NCBI RefSeq assembly: GCF_006345805.1
Contig: NC_042999.1
Location: 128,898,001 to 128,962,000, forward strand
DNA from: Octopus sinensis
Lineage: Eukaryota
Direction of reading: 5' to 3'
DNA length: 64,000 nucleotides
In this document: in pieces, positions 1-11,990 of the stretch
Position numbering within the stretch: position 1 is the first letter of the stretch
Layout of the letters: each line of letters opens with the position of its first letter
Position numbers and translations under genes: made by a program
The notes under the pieces: generated by a model
Told to the model about the DNA's origin: nothing
The model's database searches: none
What the model saw: only the letters and a program-made list of their open reading frames with translations

Positions 1-360
1 GGACAAAGTGGTGAAAAAGGATTTTTGGATGCTGGGCCTCACTGAGGAAATGTCAAGGACCAGGAGATGTGGTGATTTGCTGTACTTGATAAGATGCATC
101 ATGCTAAGTAGAATCGCTGTCTTCCATACATATAGGTTTGTCCTTTCAGGTGCCAATGCCACATAAAAAGCATCCATGCTGGTGCTGAGTAAATGTGGTA
201 GAACGTAAAAAGCACTCAGTATTCTTTGTTAAGTGATTAGTGTTAGGAAGAGTATCCAGCCATAGAAACCATGCCACAACAGACAGCTGGAGTCTGGTCA
301 GCTTCATATCAAACCATCCAACTCATGCCAACATGGAAAATGGGCATCAAAACGATGATG
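1..360 (+). mobile_element. 3' end of an RTE-clade LINE (end of RT ORF plus 3' UTR with (GAT)n tail)
   Basis: Opens with DKVVKKDFWMLGLTEE, as in the RTE copies at 4594 and 37200; ends catcaaaacgatgatgatg. Confidence 0.6.
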
Positions 361-361
361 A

Positions 362-1730
362 TGTTTCCTGTTTTGCATCCTGTGTAATCATGTCCAAAAT
401 ATGGCCTGAGGTTCTATATGTAAAATGTCTCTTGATTGACCATAGTCTCTGTAACATATGGACTGATCCCAGTAGAATGCTCTTCTGAACTGTGTTGCTT
501 TTGGTGTTACTTGGGATGCAGTTAGGAAACCTATATGCTCCTATCTGCATGAGCCCTTGAGCTATGATCACCAATATCATTTTAGTCCTCATCCTGTTGA
601 TTTCAGCCATCAGCTTTTTTTGCACTTGGCTAGCTTCTTTGTGGAATTCGTTAAGATGTTTCTTTTGGATACTATTGTTATGCTGATAAGTATGTGTCTC
701 TTATCCTTCTTGTCTTTGTTAACGATGGTGGATTTGTTGGCTTCTATCTTTCTATTAGTGTGAATGAGCATGTTCTAGAAGATGGTGATATCGCTTTTGT
801 CAGTGACCATGTTCGACTACTAATTGTACAACTTCTTTGTTATGCCTGAAGATGTGTTCAGTGTCTACCAATTTCACAAGTCTACAAACACTGTAATTAA
901 AGGTTTCTTTGTATCGTTCATTTATCCTGTATTGTAAGTCTGTCCTATCCTTGATGATGCATTTGTGATAAATCCTTGTTTGTGAGACTTTGGTCTCAGC
1001 AGTGGTTGTTTTCGTTTTTAGTTCTGTTGTTGTCTTGGTATTTTTACTTCTGTTTGCAATGGCTAAAGTGACTATACTTGTGTTGGCTGATTTCTGTTAA
1101 GTTTATCATTCTTTGGAGTGGTGGTCTTCCTTGATCTTTGGGACTACTCACTGTTCTTCAATGGACATTTCCTTCTAGATTTCTCACTTCTGTTGGATAC
1201 TTGCTGTCATCTGTGCTACTTTCTAATGTTTGTCTTCTTCCTGGACTCTGTCTGCTGGGTGTTGTACATCAAGGGAGTTAGCAATGATGGCTTTTGTTTG
1301 TTCATCTTCACATGTAGTTTATGTCTTGTCTGGCTTATTGAAATTACGTCCCTCCATGTTCATGTTGGTGGATCAGAGTTCTTTCTAATCTAATTCTGAA
1401 TGTACTTGCATTTCTGGTCTGTTAGTTTTTTGTTAGATGTGCTTTTCTTGTTTTCTCTTTTATATGATGTTGTAGATAGCTGTAGACATTGGTACTAATG
1501 TTGAGCCCAATGAAACAATATATAATATATATAATATCCTTATTCTTTTCCCTACACCATTTCTTCATTGTTCCTTTCATCGAGTCTTTCAGTTGTACAT
1601 AGAAGTCCCCTGTGAGGAATATCCTCAGCTGAGGGTTTCTATAGCACTTGGTGAGTAGAATTTGATCCACAAGCAAACTTTTTCAATCCCAGGCTACTCT
1701 CTCATTGGAAATTATAGTCTTTGTTTAACT
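362..1730 (-). mobile_element. R4/Dong-clade (RLE) non-LTR retrotransposon, 3' fragment, decayed
   Basis: Minus-strand peptides QKSILLGSVHMLQRL and MLIHTNRKIEANKSTIVNKDK match the R4/Dong C-terminal ILWD...NRPDIV and QKSVLLGTAHIL motifs; many stops and frameshifts. Confidence 0.7.
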
Positions 1731-2379
1731 ACATAATTGATGCAATGCAATAATTTTAGTAGACTGACATATTAATGACTCATCCAACTGTAATTTTTAT
1801 ATATTTTGCTAATTTCCTTATTTGGTATGTGAAATGGAATGGTTGAATAGATAATAGAACTGAATTCCTAATTCATTGATCGACACACATCTTTCCTTGC
1901 TTGTATGGGTCTGACAAGACTTCTTGAGGCTATGGCTCCTTTTGTGACATCAGCTCTTACTACTGGGCATTTTGTTTATGAAATATATAAATAACATCAC
2001 TTTACCATAAGCAGTGTCAGTGCAAACACACATAGAGACAAATGCACACACATGTATGCACATACATATACCTACATACACACACATGAATATACATGTA
2101 TGTATATATATGCATGTGTGTGTGTGTGTGTCTGTGTATATAAATAAAGTATATATATATATGTGTGTGTGTGTGTATAAAAGACAAAATAGAGTGAAAA
2201 AACTACAGAAGACTTGTGTTATATGGTTAAAGAATATATTTAAATCGTTATGTTAGAAAAAATGTTATAAAATTTTGCGTATAGTAACATAGTTTTTGGA
2301 GAAATAACCGGTTTCGTATTTTTTTTCAAATTTTTCAAATTTCTTTACCTATATTGTGTCATGTCTTCTTTATGTTGTG

Positions 2380-2392
2380 AAATATATATATG

Positions 2393-2426
<34 letters not shown>

Positions 2427-2434
2427 TACATGTA

Positions 2435-2467
<33 letters not shown>

Positions 2468-2539
2468 ATATATATATATGTGTGTGTATATGTATATATA
2501 TATATGTGTATATGTATATATATATGTGTATACATATAC

Positions 2540-2588
<49 letters not shown>

Positions 2589-2605
2589 TGCACACACATA
2601 TATAT
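2380..2605. repeat. Compound (TA)n/(CA)n/(TATG)n microsatellite just upstream of exon a
   Basis: Directly visible; source of several spurious IY/YI ORFs. Confidence 0.95.
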
Positions 2606-2646
2606 CACTAAATATATAACTAACGTATTAATTCTGTTTCTTGCAG

Positions 2647-2739
2647 ACTTTCAAGTTGATGGAAACTCCCTCAGCTTTAAGTTGATTGAAAATAATGAAG
2701 AGAAAAGCTTTATATTCAATGTTTCTGAAGATTACCCTG
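2647..2739 (+). CDS. PARP6/PARP8: PARP6/8-like exon a: (D)[30 protein letters not shown]
   Basis: ttgcag acceptor and G|gtatgt donor; 93 nt, phase 1 to 1; resembles the recalled PARP8 N-terminal DFRYSDSTFTF...VHVSEDYP. Confidence 0.85.
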
Positions 2740-3185
2740 GTATGTATTCATAAACTTATTATTCAGTATCATGTTGGTTAAGAGGAGTGTGCTATGTGAA
2801 TAATTGATCAAATGAAACTTGATGCGGGAGAATAAAAATACTCTTCCCAAACAGGCATGTTGGTGTGGTTGAGAAGTTCACTTTACAAACCTTATGGTTT
2901 CTGGTTCTCTCCCACTGTGTAGCACCTTGAACAAGTGTCATCTGCAATAGCCTCAGGCTCCCCAATGCCTTGTGAGTGAAATTGACAGATAAAAACTATG
3001 TGGAAGTTTTTTGTGTATATGTAAATATATGAATGGAAAACAGATGTTGAATGATGATGACAATGTCAGCGGCAGTGACAGCGGTGGCGACGATGATGAT
3101 TGCGACGATGACAGTGATGATGACAATGTATGTGTGTTTGTATGTATGTATATATGATGCATATATATATGTGTTTGTTTGTGTG

Positions 3186-3217
<32 letters not shown>

Positions 3218-3673
3218 CGTGTGTGTGTGTATATGGAGGTATATATATGTGTGTTAGTTTATGTCCTGTAACTTAGTGGTTCAATGGGCAGAGATCAAGG
3301 AGATAAGTATCAGACTTTAAAATGCTCCTGCATGGCCACAGTTCAATGACTGATGCAAGGAAAAGAGAACAACTCTGTATGAAATTATTGCTTTATGATA
3401 ATATATCTTTCTCTCCCCTTTCATTAGTGTGTTTCCTAATGTTGAGGACAGGCCACATAAATTTTCATTATTTTCTATTTTATATCTGACATTTGGTGAA
3501 CAATACCAGCATTAGTTAACTATTTGCAACAGAGCAGTAACATTCATTGCCTTTTCAGTGGTGGGAATGACAATTCAGGTTGAATAAAGGTATCAAGCTA
3601 TCTTTGTTGAACACCTTGGTTTATCAATTTTCTTATCAATGTGTACATCTTTTTTTTACTGATATACATTGTA

Positions 3674-3716
3674 CACATACATACACACCACAACACACAC
3701 ACACACACGCACGCAC

Positions 3717-3792
<76 letters not shown>

Positions 3793-3797
3793 CACAA
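3674..3797. repeat. (CA)n microsatellite
   Basis: Directly visible. Confidence 0.95.
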
Positions 3798-4106
3798 GAG
3801 AGAAAAAAAACAGGATCCGAGGAGACTGGCGTTAGCCTACGTCAGTAAGACCTGTATTGTTTAGTATTTAATTAGTAAAAATCACCAAAATGAGTGTAGT
3901 GAATTTGCTGTAGGGAGTGGAAAATCCAAAGTTTCAAACTAATTCCTTTTTCTAAGAAAAGTTGACAGGAGTGAAATTAAATAGTGAAATTAGTCTCATC
4001 CCTCTCAACTTTTCCTTGAAACTGGACTCAGTCTGAAATGCTGGGATTTTCCACTTCCATTTCTCATGGCAAGCACTCTGTACACTTTATATATATATAT
4101 ATATCA

Positions 4107-5812
4107 TTATCATCACCATTTAATGTCTGTTTTTCATTTTCCCATGTCAGCATGGGTAGGATGGTTTGATAGGAGCAGGAAAACTGGAAAGTTGCAACAG
4201 ACTGCAGAGTCATCTGTTTTGGCATTTGTCTCTACAGCTGGATGCCCTTCCTAACAACAACCACTTTACAGAATGTATTTGCTACTCTTTGAACAGAGTG
4301 TACTGGCTCAATGTCTGTTTTGGCATTGTTTCTACAGCTGGATGCCCTCTCTAATGTCAATCATTTTACAGAGTGTGCTGGGTGCTATTACGCAGCATTG
4401 GCATGGATGTATTTACATGGCATAAGTATGGGTGCTTTTTACATGGCACCAGCACTTATAAGCCTGCAAGATTAGGAATGCTCAGCTAGAGAGGGATGCA
4501 GGGGACAATCATGCAATGACAACCATGCTTTTACTTAGCTTGACATGTCTTTTCAAGCACAGTAAACCACCAAGAGTCTCAGTCCTCTGTCTTCTACTCT
4601 GTGAGTCCCAACATCTGTAGATCCTTTCTCATCACTTTGTCCCACGTCTTCCTGGGTCTACTCTGACATGTCCCCCCTGTGATTAGAGATAAGTGCCTCT
4701 TGATGCAACTGTCTTCATTCATGTGCATTATATGGCCATAACAGCGCAACCTTCTCTCTTGCAAGCTACATCTGATACCATGTAAACCTAGTTTTTCTCT
4801 CAAATCACTTTCATTCTGTTGTATATGCACACTGACATTACCCTTCCAGCAGAGCATACTGACTTCATTTCTTTCAAGTCTTCACATATCTTCAGTTGTC
4901 ACAGCCCATGTCTCACTGCCACGTAGCATAGCTGTTTATACACAGGCATCATACAATTTGCCTTTCACTCTGAGGGAGAGACCCTTCATTACTAACGAAG
5001 GTAATAGCTCTCTGAACATTGTCCAGCATATTCTTATTTTCGCATCTATGCCTTCAGAACAACCTTCCCCACTACTCACTTGGTCACCCAAGTGATGGAA
5101 ACTTTCTACTACTTCTAAGGACACCACCTGATATTTGAGGGAGTCTATTTTTTGTACATTCCTGGTGTTTAATATACCTGCACATCTGCCACTTGTAAAA
5201 ACTACTTTCTCTGTTAGTCTTCCAGTGATACCACTACACCTCTTATGTGTCCATAGCTTATGGAGTTTCTTCCAACACCTTTTCTACATATTGAACTGTT
5301 TTTCTACTTATTGATACATTGGTCTTTGATAAATTATCTCTAAGGCCCTTTGATTGCAGTCCATGCTTCCATACCTGAAATTTCTTCTCTTGTTCATGTA
5401 GTGATTCAGCAATAAGAACAAGGTCATCAGCATATAGAAGCTCCCAAGAGCACCCAGTCTTAAATTCCTCAGTTATAGACTGGAGGACCAGGATAAATAA
5501 AAGGGGGCTAAGAAATGAACACTGGTGGGCTCCTACTTGTACACTAAACTCCTTGCTATACTCACTGGCAACTCTCACCTTACTAACAGCATCTCTGTAC
5601 ATTGCTTGTGCAGCTCTCACTAACCACTCATCTTTCCCTAGCTTCTGTATTGCTCACCAGCTAAGGGAGCTGGGGGCCCTACCAAAAGCTTTCTCCATGT
5701 CAACAAAAGCCAGATACAGAGGATACAAAGGTATTTCTCCTGCAGTTGCCTCATCAGGAAGGTAGCATCAATGGTGTTTCTACCTGGCACAAATCCAAAC
5801 TGCATCTCATCT
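4107..5812 (-). mobile_element. RTE-clade LINE, 5'-truncated (RT, thumb, C-terminus, 3' UTR), decayed
   Basis: ORFs give [68 protein letters not shown] and RPRKTW; truncated at a (TA)n array. Confidence 0.9.
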
Positions 5813-5877
5813 ATATATGTGTACATAAGTATGTATATGTGTATGTATGTGTGTGTGTGTATATATATATGTATGTA

Positions 5878-5949
<72 letters not shown>

Positions 5950-5976
5950 CACACACACACACACATATATATTGAA

Positions 5977-6281
5977 GGAGCACTCCATCGGTTATGATGA
6001 TGAAGGTCCCAGCTGATACAGTCAATGGAACAGCTTGCTTGTTAAATTTACGTGCAAGTAGCTGAGCACTCCACAGACATGTGTACCCTCAATGTAGTTC
6101 TCAAGGAGATTCAGCATGACACAGAGTGTGACAAGGCTGGCCCTTTGAAATACAGGTACTGCCTATTTTTACCAGCTGAGTGGACTGGAGCAACATAAAA
6201 TAAAGTATCTTGCTTAAGAACACAAGTCATTAGGAACCTTATGATCGTCAGCCGAATGCCCTAACCACTAAACCATGCACC

Positions 6282-6286
<5 letters not shown>
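5977..6286 (-). mobile_element. tRNA-derived SINE (family B), antisense copy
   Basis: Reverse-complement match to 7326-7647. Confidence 0.8.
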
Positions 6287-6323
<37 letters not shown>

Positions 6324-6720
6324 AAATAGAGATGTGTGTGTCCAAAGATTTCTTGAACTTTGTGGTGTCTGTCTCTGCTTTAATGTTTTGGTGTAATGTT
6401 AAAGAGAGCGGGTCCAATTGAGGTGAAATAATTGTGCCGTATTGTTGTTATGTGATGCGAATATGATTTTTGCTGTGGGCATATAGCACAGGGCTCAAGT
6501 CTTGGGTATATCTTAAAGGTGATGCCAACATACTTTAGTCAATGCTGGTGGAATATTTTCCACATCATGCAGATGTGCACAGTGGCCTTGGAGAGAATAA
6601 AGTTTGAGCTTTTCTAGTGTGTATATATACATACAGAGAGAGAGAGAGAGAGGGAGAGAGAGAGAGATACATATAAATACATATGTATATATTATATATA
6701 TATATATTATATATATATAT

Positions 6721-6779
<59 letters not shown>

Positions 6780-6883
6780 CATATACACACACATACATAT
6801 ATATATATATGTGTGTATGTATGTATATATGAATGTACATATGTATGTGTATATTTAGATATATATGTGTAGATATATATATA

Positions 6884-7301
6884 GGCGCAGGAGTGGCTGT
6901 TTGGTAAGTAGCTTGCTAACCAACCACATGGTTCCGGGTTCAGTCCCACTGTGTGGCATCTTGGGCAAGTGTCTTCTGCTATAGCCCCGGGCCGACCAAT
7001 GCCTTGTGAGTGGATTTGGTAGACGGAAACTGAAAGAAGCCTGTCGTATATATGTATATATATATAAGTGTGTGTGAATATGTTTGTGTGTCTGTGTTTG
7101 TTCCCCTAGCATTGCTTGACAACCGATGCTGGTGTGTTTACGTCCCCGTCACTTAGCGGTTCGGCAAAAGAGACCGATAGAATAAGTACTGGGCTTACAA
7201 AGAATAAGTCCCGGGGTCGATTTGCTCGACTAAAGGCGGTGCTCCAGCATGGCCGCAGTCAAATGACTGAAACAAGTAAAAAGAGTAAAAAGAGTAAAGA
7301 G
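6884..7301 (+). mobile_element. tRNA-derived SINE (family A) with internal TA/TG microsatellite, near full length
   Basis: A-box-like TGGCTGTTTGG and B-box-like GGTTCAGTCCC, CCTTGGGCAAGTG-like core, and (AAGAGT)n tail. Older or partial copies at about 2853-3370, 28680-29020 (-), 35845-36000 and 59500-59780. Confidence 0.8.
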
Positions 7302-7325
7302 TATATATATGTATATATATATATT

Positions 7326-7647
7326 GTGAAGGTGCATGGCTTAGTGGTTAGGGCATTCGTCTAACAATTGTAAGGTCGTGAGTTCGATTCCCGGCAACGT
7401 GTTGTGTCCTTGAGCAAGACACTGTATTTTACGTTGCTCCAGTCCACTCAGCTGGCAAAAATAAGTTGTACCTGTATTTCAAAGGGCCGGCCTTGTCACA
7501 CTCTGTGTCATGCTGAATCTCCCTGAGAACTACTTGAGGGGTACATGTGTCTGTGGATTGCTCAGTCACTTGCACGTTAATTTCACGAGCAGGCTGTTCC
7601 ATTGATCGTATCAGCTGGGACCCTCGTTGTAACCGACAGAGTGCTCC
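7326..7647 (+). mobile_element. tRNA-derived SINE (family B)
   Basis: TGGCTTAGTGG A box and GAGTTCGATTCCC B box, followed by tgtgtccttgagcaagacac and gctccagtccactcagctggc. Confidence 0.8.
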
Positions 7648-7669
7648 TTCATATGTGTATGTATGTATA

Positions 7670-7800
7670 ACTATTAAAAAGGTTGCAAGACGCAATGAAA
7701 ATTTTAGGAAAATAAAAATAAGGAAAAAAGTGGAAATTTTACCGGTGAGTGTGTTACATTATAAGGCACAAAAAGAAAATGACTCTCCCCAGAAACAACA

Positions 7801-7803
<3 letters not shown>
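7670..7803. mobile_element. Single arm of the palindromic MITE family seen complete at 53122-53408
   Basis: Near-identical to the right arm 53260-53408. Confidence 0.75.
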
Positions 7804-7835
<32 letters not shown>

Positions 7836-8246
7836 CACACACATATATATATATATAATTGAAGTGACAAAGGAATTGATAATTGTTTTATGAAGTTTAT
7901 TAGCTTCCAGCTGTTTCTGCTATAAGATACAAAGGACTCACATTTGAGTGACTGAGTATCATTTTATTGCTTCATGACAGCTTCAAATGTGAAGTGCACT
8001 TCACATTTGAAGCTATATGTTGATTCTCAGGCACTGAACTATTGTATCTTACAGCAGTAACACCTGCCAGCTAATGAAAATCGTAAGATAATGATTTATT
8101 CCCTTTGTCATCTCAATTTCTTATTTTTGCTCTGAAGCATATGTATATTGTAATTCTCACTCTAGGTTATTAATATTGCAATGCCTTAGTGAAATATATA
8201 TATATTTAAAAAAGGAGATGTGGAACATGAGTTGTGATATATAAAA

Positions 8247-8553
8247 AAAGGAAATGAAGAAAATGCTGACAAAATAACTTAAGTAAGGGAGAGTGTATTT
8301 AATTAGGTGAAAGTTCTTTTTACCAGTTGCGCATTTGTTATGCTTATCAAAAGATATTTTGAGTAAGATAGAGTTCCTTTCTGATTGATTTTTTTCTCTT
8401 AATAAGAGAATAAAATCAATCAGAAAGAAACTCTATCTCACTCAAAATATCTTTTGATAAGCATAACAAATGCGCAACTGGTAAAAAGAACTTTCACCTA
8501 ATTAAATACACTCTCCCTTACTTCAGTTATTTTGTCAGCATTTTCTTCATTTC

Positions 8554-8557
<4 letters not shown>
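8247..8557. repeat. Foldback palindrome, 154-bp arms with 3-nt loop
   Basis: 8247-8400 versus the reverse complement of 8404-8557 differ at 4 positions by eye; flanked by TA-rich sequence. Confidence 0.92.
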
Positions 8558-8594
<37 letters not shown>

Positions 8595-8851
8595 TATATA
8601 AGCACCATACAAACATGGTTGATGCCAGTGCCCCCTGACTGGCTCCCATGCCAGTGGCACATAAAGGGCACCCACTACACTCTCGGAGTGGTTGCCATTA
8701 GGAAGGGCATCCAGCTGTAGAAACCATGCCAGATCAGATTGAAGACTGGTGCAGCCTCCTGGCTTGCCAGTCCTCAGTCAAACTGTCCAATCTATGCCAG
8801 CATGGAAAACGGACGTTAAACGATGATGATGATGATGATATGTGTATATAA

Positions 8852-8892
<41 letters not shown>

Positions 8893-8946
8893 GTATATGG
8901 AAAAGAAGTCAAAATAGAAAATGCTAAAACAGTTTTACAAAAAACA

Positions 8947-8988
8947 TTTCAGTACCGGTTTCAGTCATTGAGACTTTTTCAACTGTAA
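8947..8988 (-). ncRNA. Minimal type-I hammerhead ribozyme-like motif, U3-A8 variant
   Basis: Reverse complement reads TTACAG-TTGAAAA-AGTC(TCAAT)GACT-GAAA-CCGG-TA-CTGAAA: stem I, core, stem II, GAAA, palindromic stem III ACCGGU, GUA cleavage triplet. Confidence 0.6.
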
Positions 8989-9103
8989 GTATGGAAAACA
9001 ATTAAATTGAGGAAAATTAAAAGAAAAGTTTTTTAAAAGAATATTTGCATAGTGTTCAAATACGAGTGGCATTTTCCTTGTTTCTGCCTGTCTCTGTCTC
9101 TCT

Positions 9104-9167
<64 letters not shown>

Positions 9168-11891
9168 TGTAATGGGTTTCCATACATTTTCCTTCCCTAA
9201 CAAAGTGTTACTCAACTGATGGTAATAGTAGAAGACTCTAGCCTAAAGTGCCATGTAGTGGAATACAACTTGAAACCACATGGTTACAAAGCAAACTCTG
9301 CTGAGATTCAACACAGTTTCTATGTAACAAATTTCATACACAATGCATTAGCTCAGGCCCATGCTGGAAGCGATTTGCTTAATATGTGACACTGTGAGAT
9401 TGAACTCAGAATTCCTTGGTTGCAAGGTGAACCTATACTCAGATAGTTCACAGGCATATTGCAGTTCTATAACTTGTGTTGAGTGTCTGTGTGTGTGTGT
9501 ATGTATGTATGTATGTATGTATGTATGTATGTATGTATGTATGTATGTATGTATGTATGTATGTATGTATGCATGTATGTGTGTTTGTGTAACATGTGTG
9601 TGTATATTTAGTTATCTTGTATTAATGCAAGATGAAAGGCTGTTGTAAAGTTTTTTTGTTTTCAGTTTTTTTTCTTTTCGTTTTTATTGTTTTAAACCAC
9701 TGACATCTGAAACATTCTACTTTCAACTTCTAATTATATTATATTTCCTTCAGGAATGTGTTTTAGCCATAGATTACAATCAGTCTTCCCTTAACATCAA
9801 CATACAACATACTGGCTTATTTTAAGTATTCATATATTTTTCATCGACTTTACTTTTATTTTCCCAATTTCTGTTTGTAAAATATTATCTTGGGCTATTG
9901 ATATGTAACGAAACAAACCTGACTTAATGAGTTAAGAAATATGTCTATACCAGTTAATTGAATGTTAAAGTAAAAAGCATATCAATACTGCTTCAGTCTT
10001 ATGCCAAGTCAAATGCAGCTCATCCAAATGCAATTCTTTTAAAGAAAATTGTAGCTGAATAGTTAAAAAGCTGAATGGCACCAGTTTATTAATAATAGAA
10101 AGTTGTTTGCAAATGTGGAAAATTTTGTATGCCACAAAGAAAAAAGAATTCAACTCAGAGAGCATTTTTCTCTTTCAGACAAAAGATCCATCCTAAAATG
10201 TCAGTATTTTGGGATGGACTCCATGGCATACAAACTTTTTCCAAATTTATGAATTTTACTGAATAATTTTTGCTGATGCAAATCATTGATAGCTTCCTTG
10301 GACTCTAAATATTTTATTATTAAATGAAGCCATAATTCAAATTAAGCCATTATCAAAATGTTATAGTTGTCCCCTCCTCATCTAACCACACACACACACA
10401 CACTGCACACACACAAACAAACAAACAAACCAATCAATAAATACAAAATAATCTTTTCAATGCTCATATCTAAATTTTCAGATATTAAATGTGAAAGTGT
10501 TAAAAAATATAATAATTTCTCTAAATGTCAGGCAATAAAAACTGAGAACAACATTGAACTATGAAAGTAAACCTAGTTTCAGTCTATTGTACACAATCTG
10601 AATTTATGTCTTAACCTTTTAACCCCTTTGCTATTATAATCTTACAGAAATAAGCTGCTTTTGTTTCAATTAATTTTGAAAATTTTAAAGAATTTAGTAA
10701 AATAACTTTGTCATTATTAATCTGATGTTTCAAATATAATTTAACATGAAATTTTGAAGGAAGGTTTCAATTTAGACAACTTTAAAACAGGAAGTTTACA
10801 TCATAGAACCAGGGCTGGTCTCAGTTGAGTTAGTGTCAAGAAGGTTAAGATCAAGCTCTTTAAAATCAACATCTACTTACATGTATCCAATTCTACCATT
10901 CCACATTTTTTTTTCTGGCAAGAACACATCAAGTTTCAGTCCCACTCCCTCTTTCTCTGGATTGAATTCAAACATAAACAACAAAATGTCATTCTATTTA
11001 AATCCAGTAATTAAACAACTGAGGGTCATTGATTTATTGATTTCTCATCTTGTGACTACTTATGCCCTAATTCATAGAGGATATTTTAGTCTAGATTTAT
11101 ATGCATGTTGCCTGCATCTGAGATTTATCTTGTATAGAAATGCAAAGGTTTCTTCACTAGGGCACCATCATAGCTTTCTTTGGTGACTATCGAATGACAT
11201 CTCTTTTCCTTTATAGCAATGTGCTTTGTTCATTTGAACTCAGATTTAATCTCTACTGCATGATAATGGTTTTAAATTTTAGCTCAAGGCCACCAATTTT
11301 AGTGGGAAGGAATTAATCAATTACATCAACTCCTGTGCTCTCAACTGGTAGTTTTTTTTTTCAACTCCTGAAAGAATGAAAGGCAAAGTCAACTTTGGTG
11401 GATTTGATCTTAAAACATAAAGAACCGAAAAAAGTACTGCTAAGCGTTTTTTCCAATGTGTTAACACTACTGACAGCTCCCCACCATTCTACACAGCATG
11501 GTAATAAAAGCTTGTCAGTTATGCAGTGTTTTTGATTTAGCCAACTTTAGTTCACACAAAGAAGACCAAATGTAACTTAGACAACAATTTTTGCGGATGC
11601 CAACATAGAAAGACTACATTTATGGCATAGCTGCTTATAATACCAAAATAATGAGATGAGGGAAGAAAAAGAGAACAGCAATAATATTTTCAAAAATCTA
11701 TCCATGATTACTTATTTGGTGGGAAAATCTATATCTATTTTTAAAATAATCATTAATTGGATCTACATTTTAGTGGATGGATCTTTAGTTTAGTGTATGA
11801 CTGCCATGTTATCATGTTATTATATAAATCTCACTCATGCAAAAAAAAAAAAATGCATACATTTTTATGATGAACTATAACTATTCAGTTC

Positions 11892-11922
<31 letters not shown>

Positions 11923-11923
11923 G

Positions 11924-11990
<67 letters not shown>

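Noticed and set aside
2014-2619. Cluster of ORFs rich in YI/IY/VC/HT (also at 3580-3864, 5638-6025, 24810-25241, 52925-53197, 58468-58792 and elsewhere)
   Set aside because: Translations of (TA)n, (CA)n and (TATG)n microsatellites, which lack stop codons.
6884-6960. tRNA-like A/B boxes here and at 7326, 31420-31490 and 34051
   Set aside because: SINE heads continuing into SINE bodies; no complete cloverleaf, so not called as tRNA genes.
9752-9820. Strong acceptor atttccttcag, a candidate extra exon
   Set aside because: Stop codon in the required phase, and exons a and b already join to give SEDYPDN.
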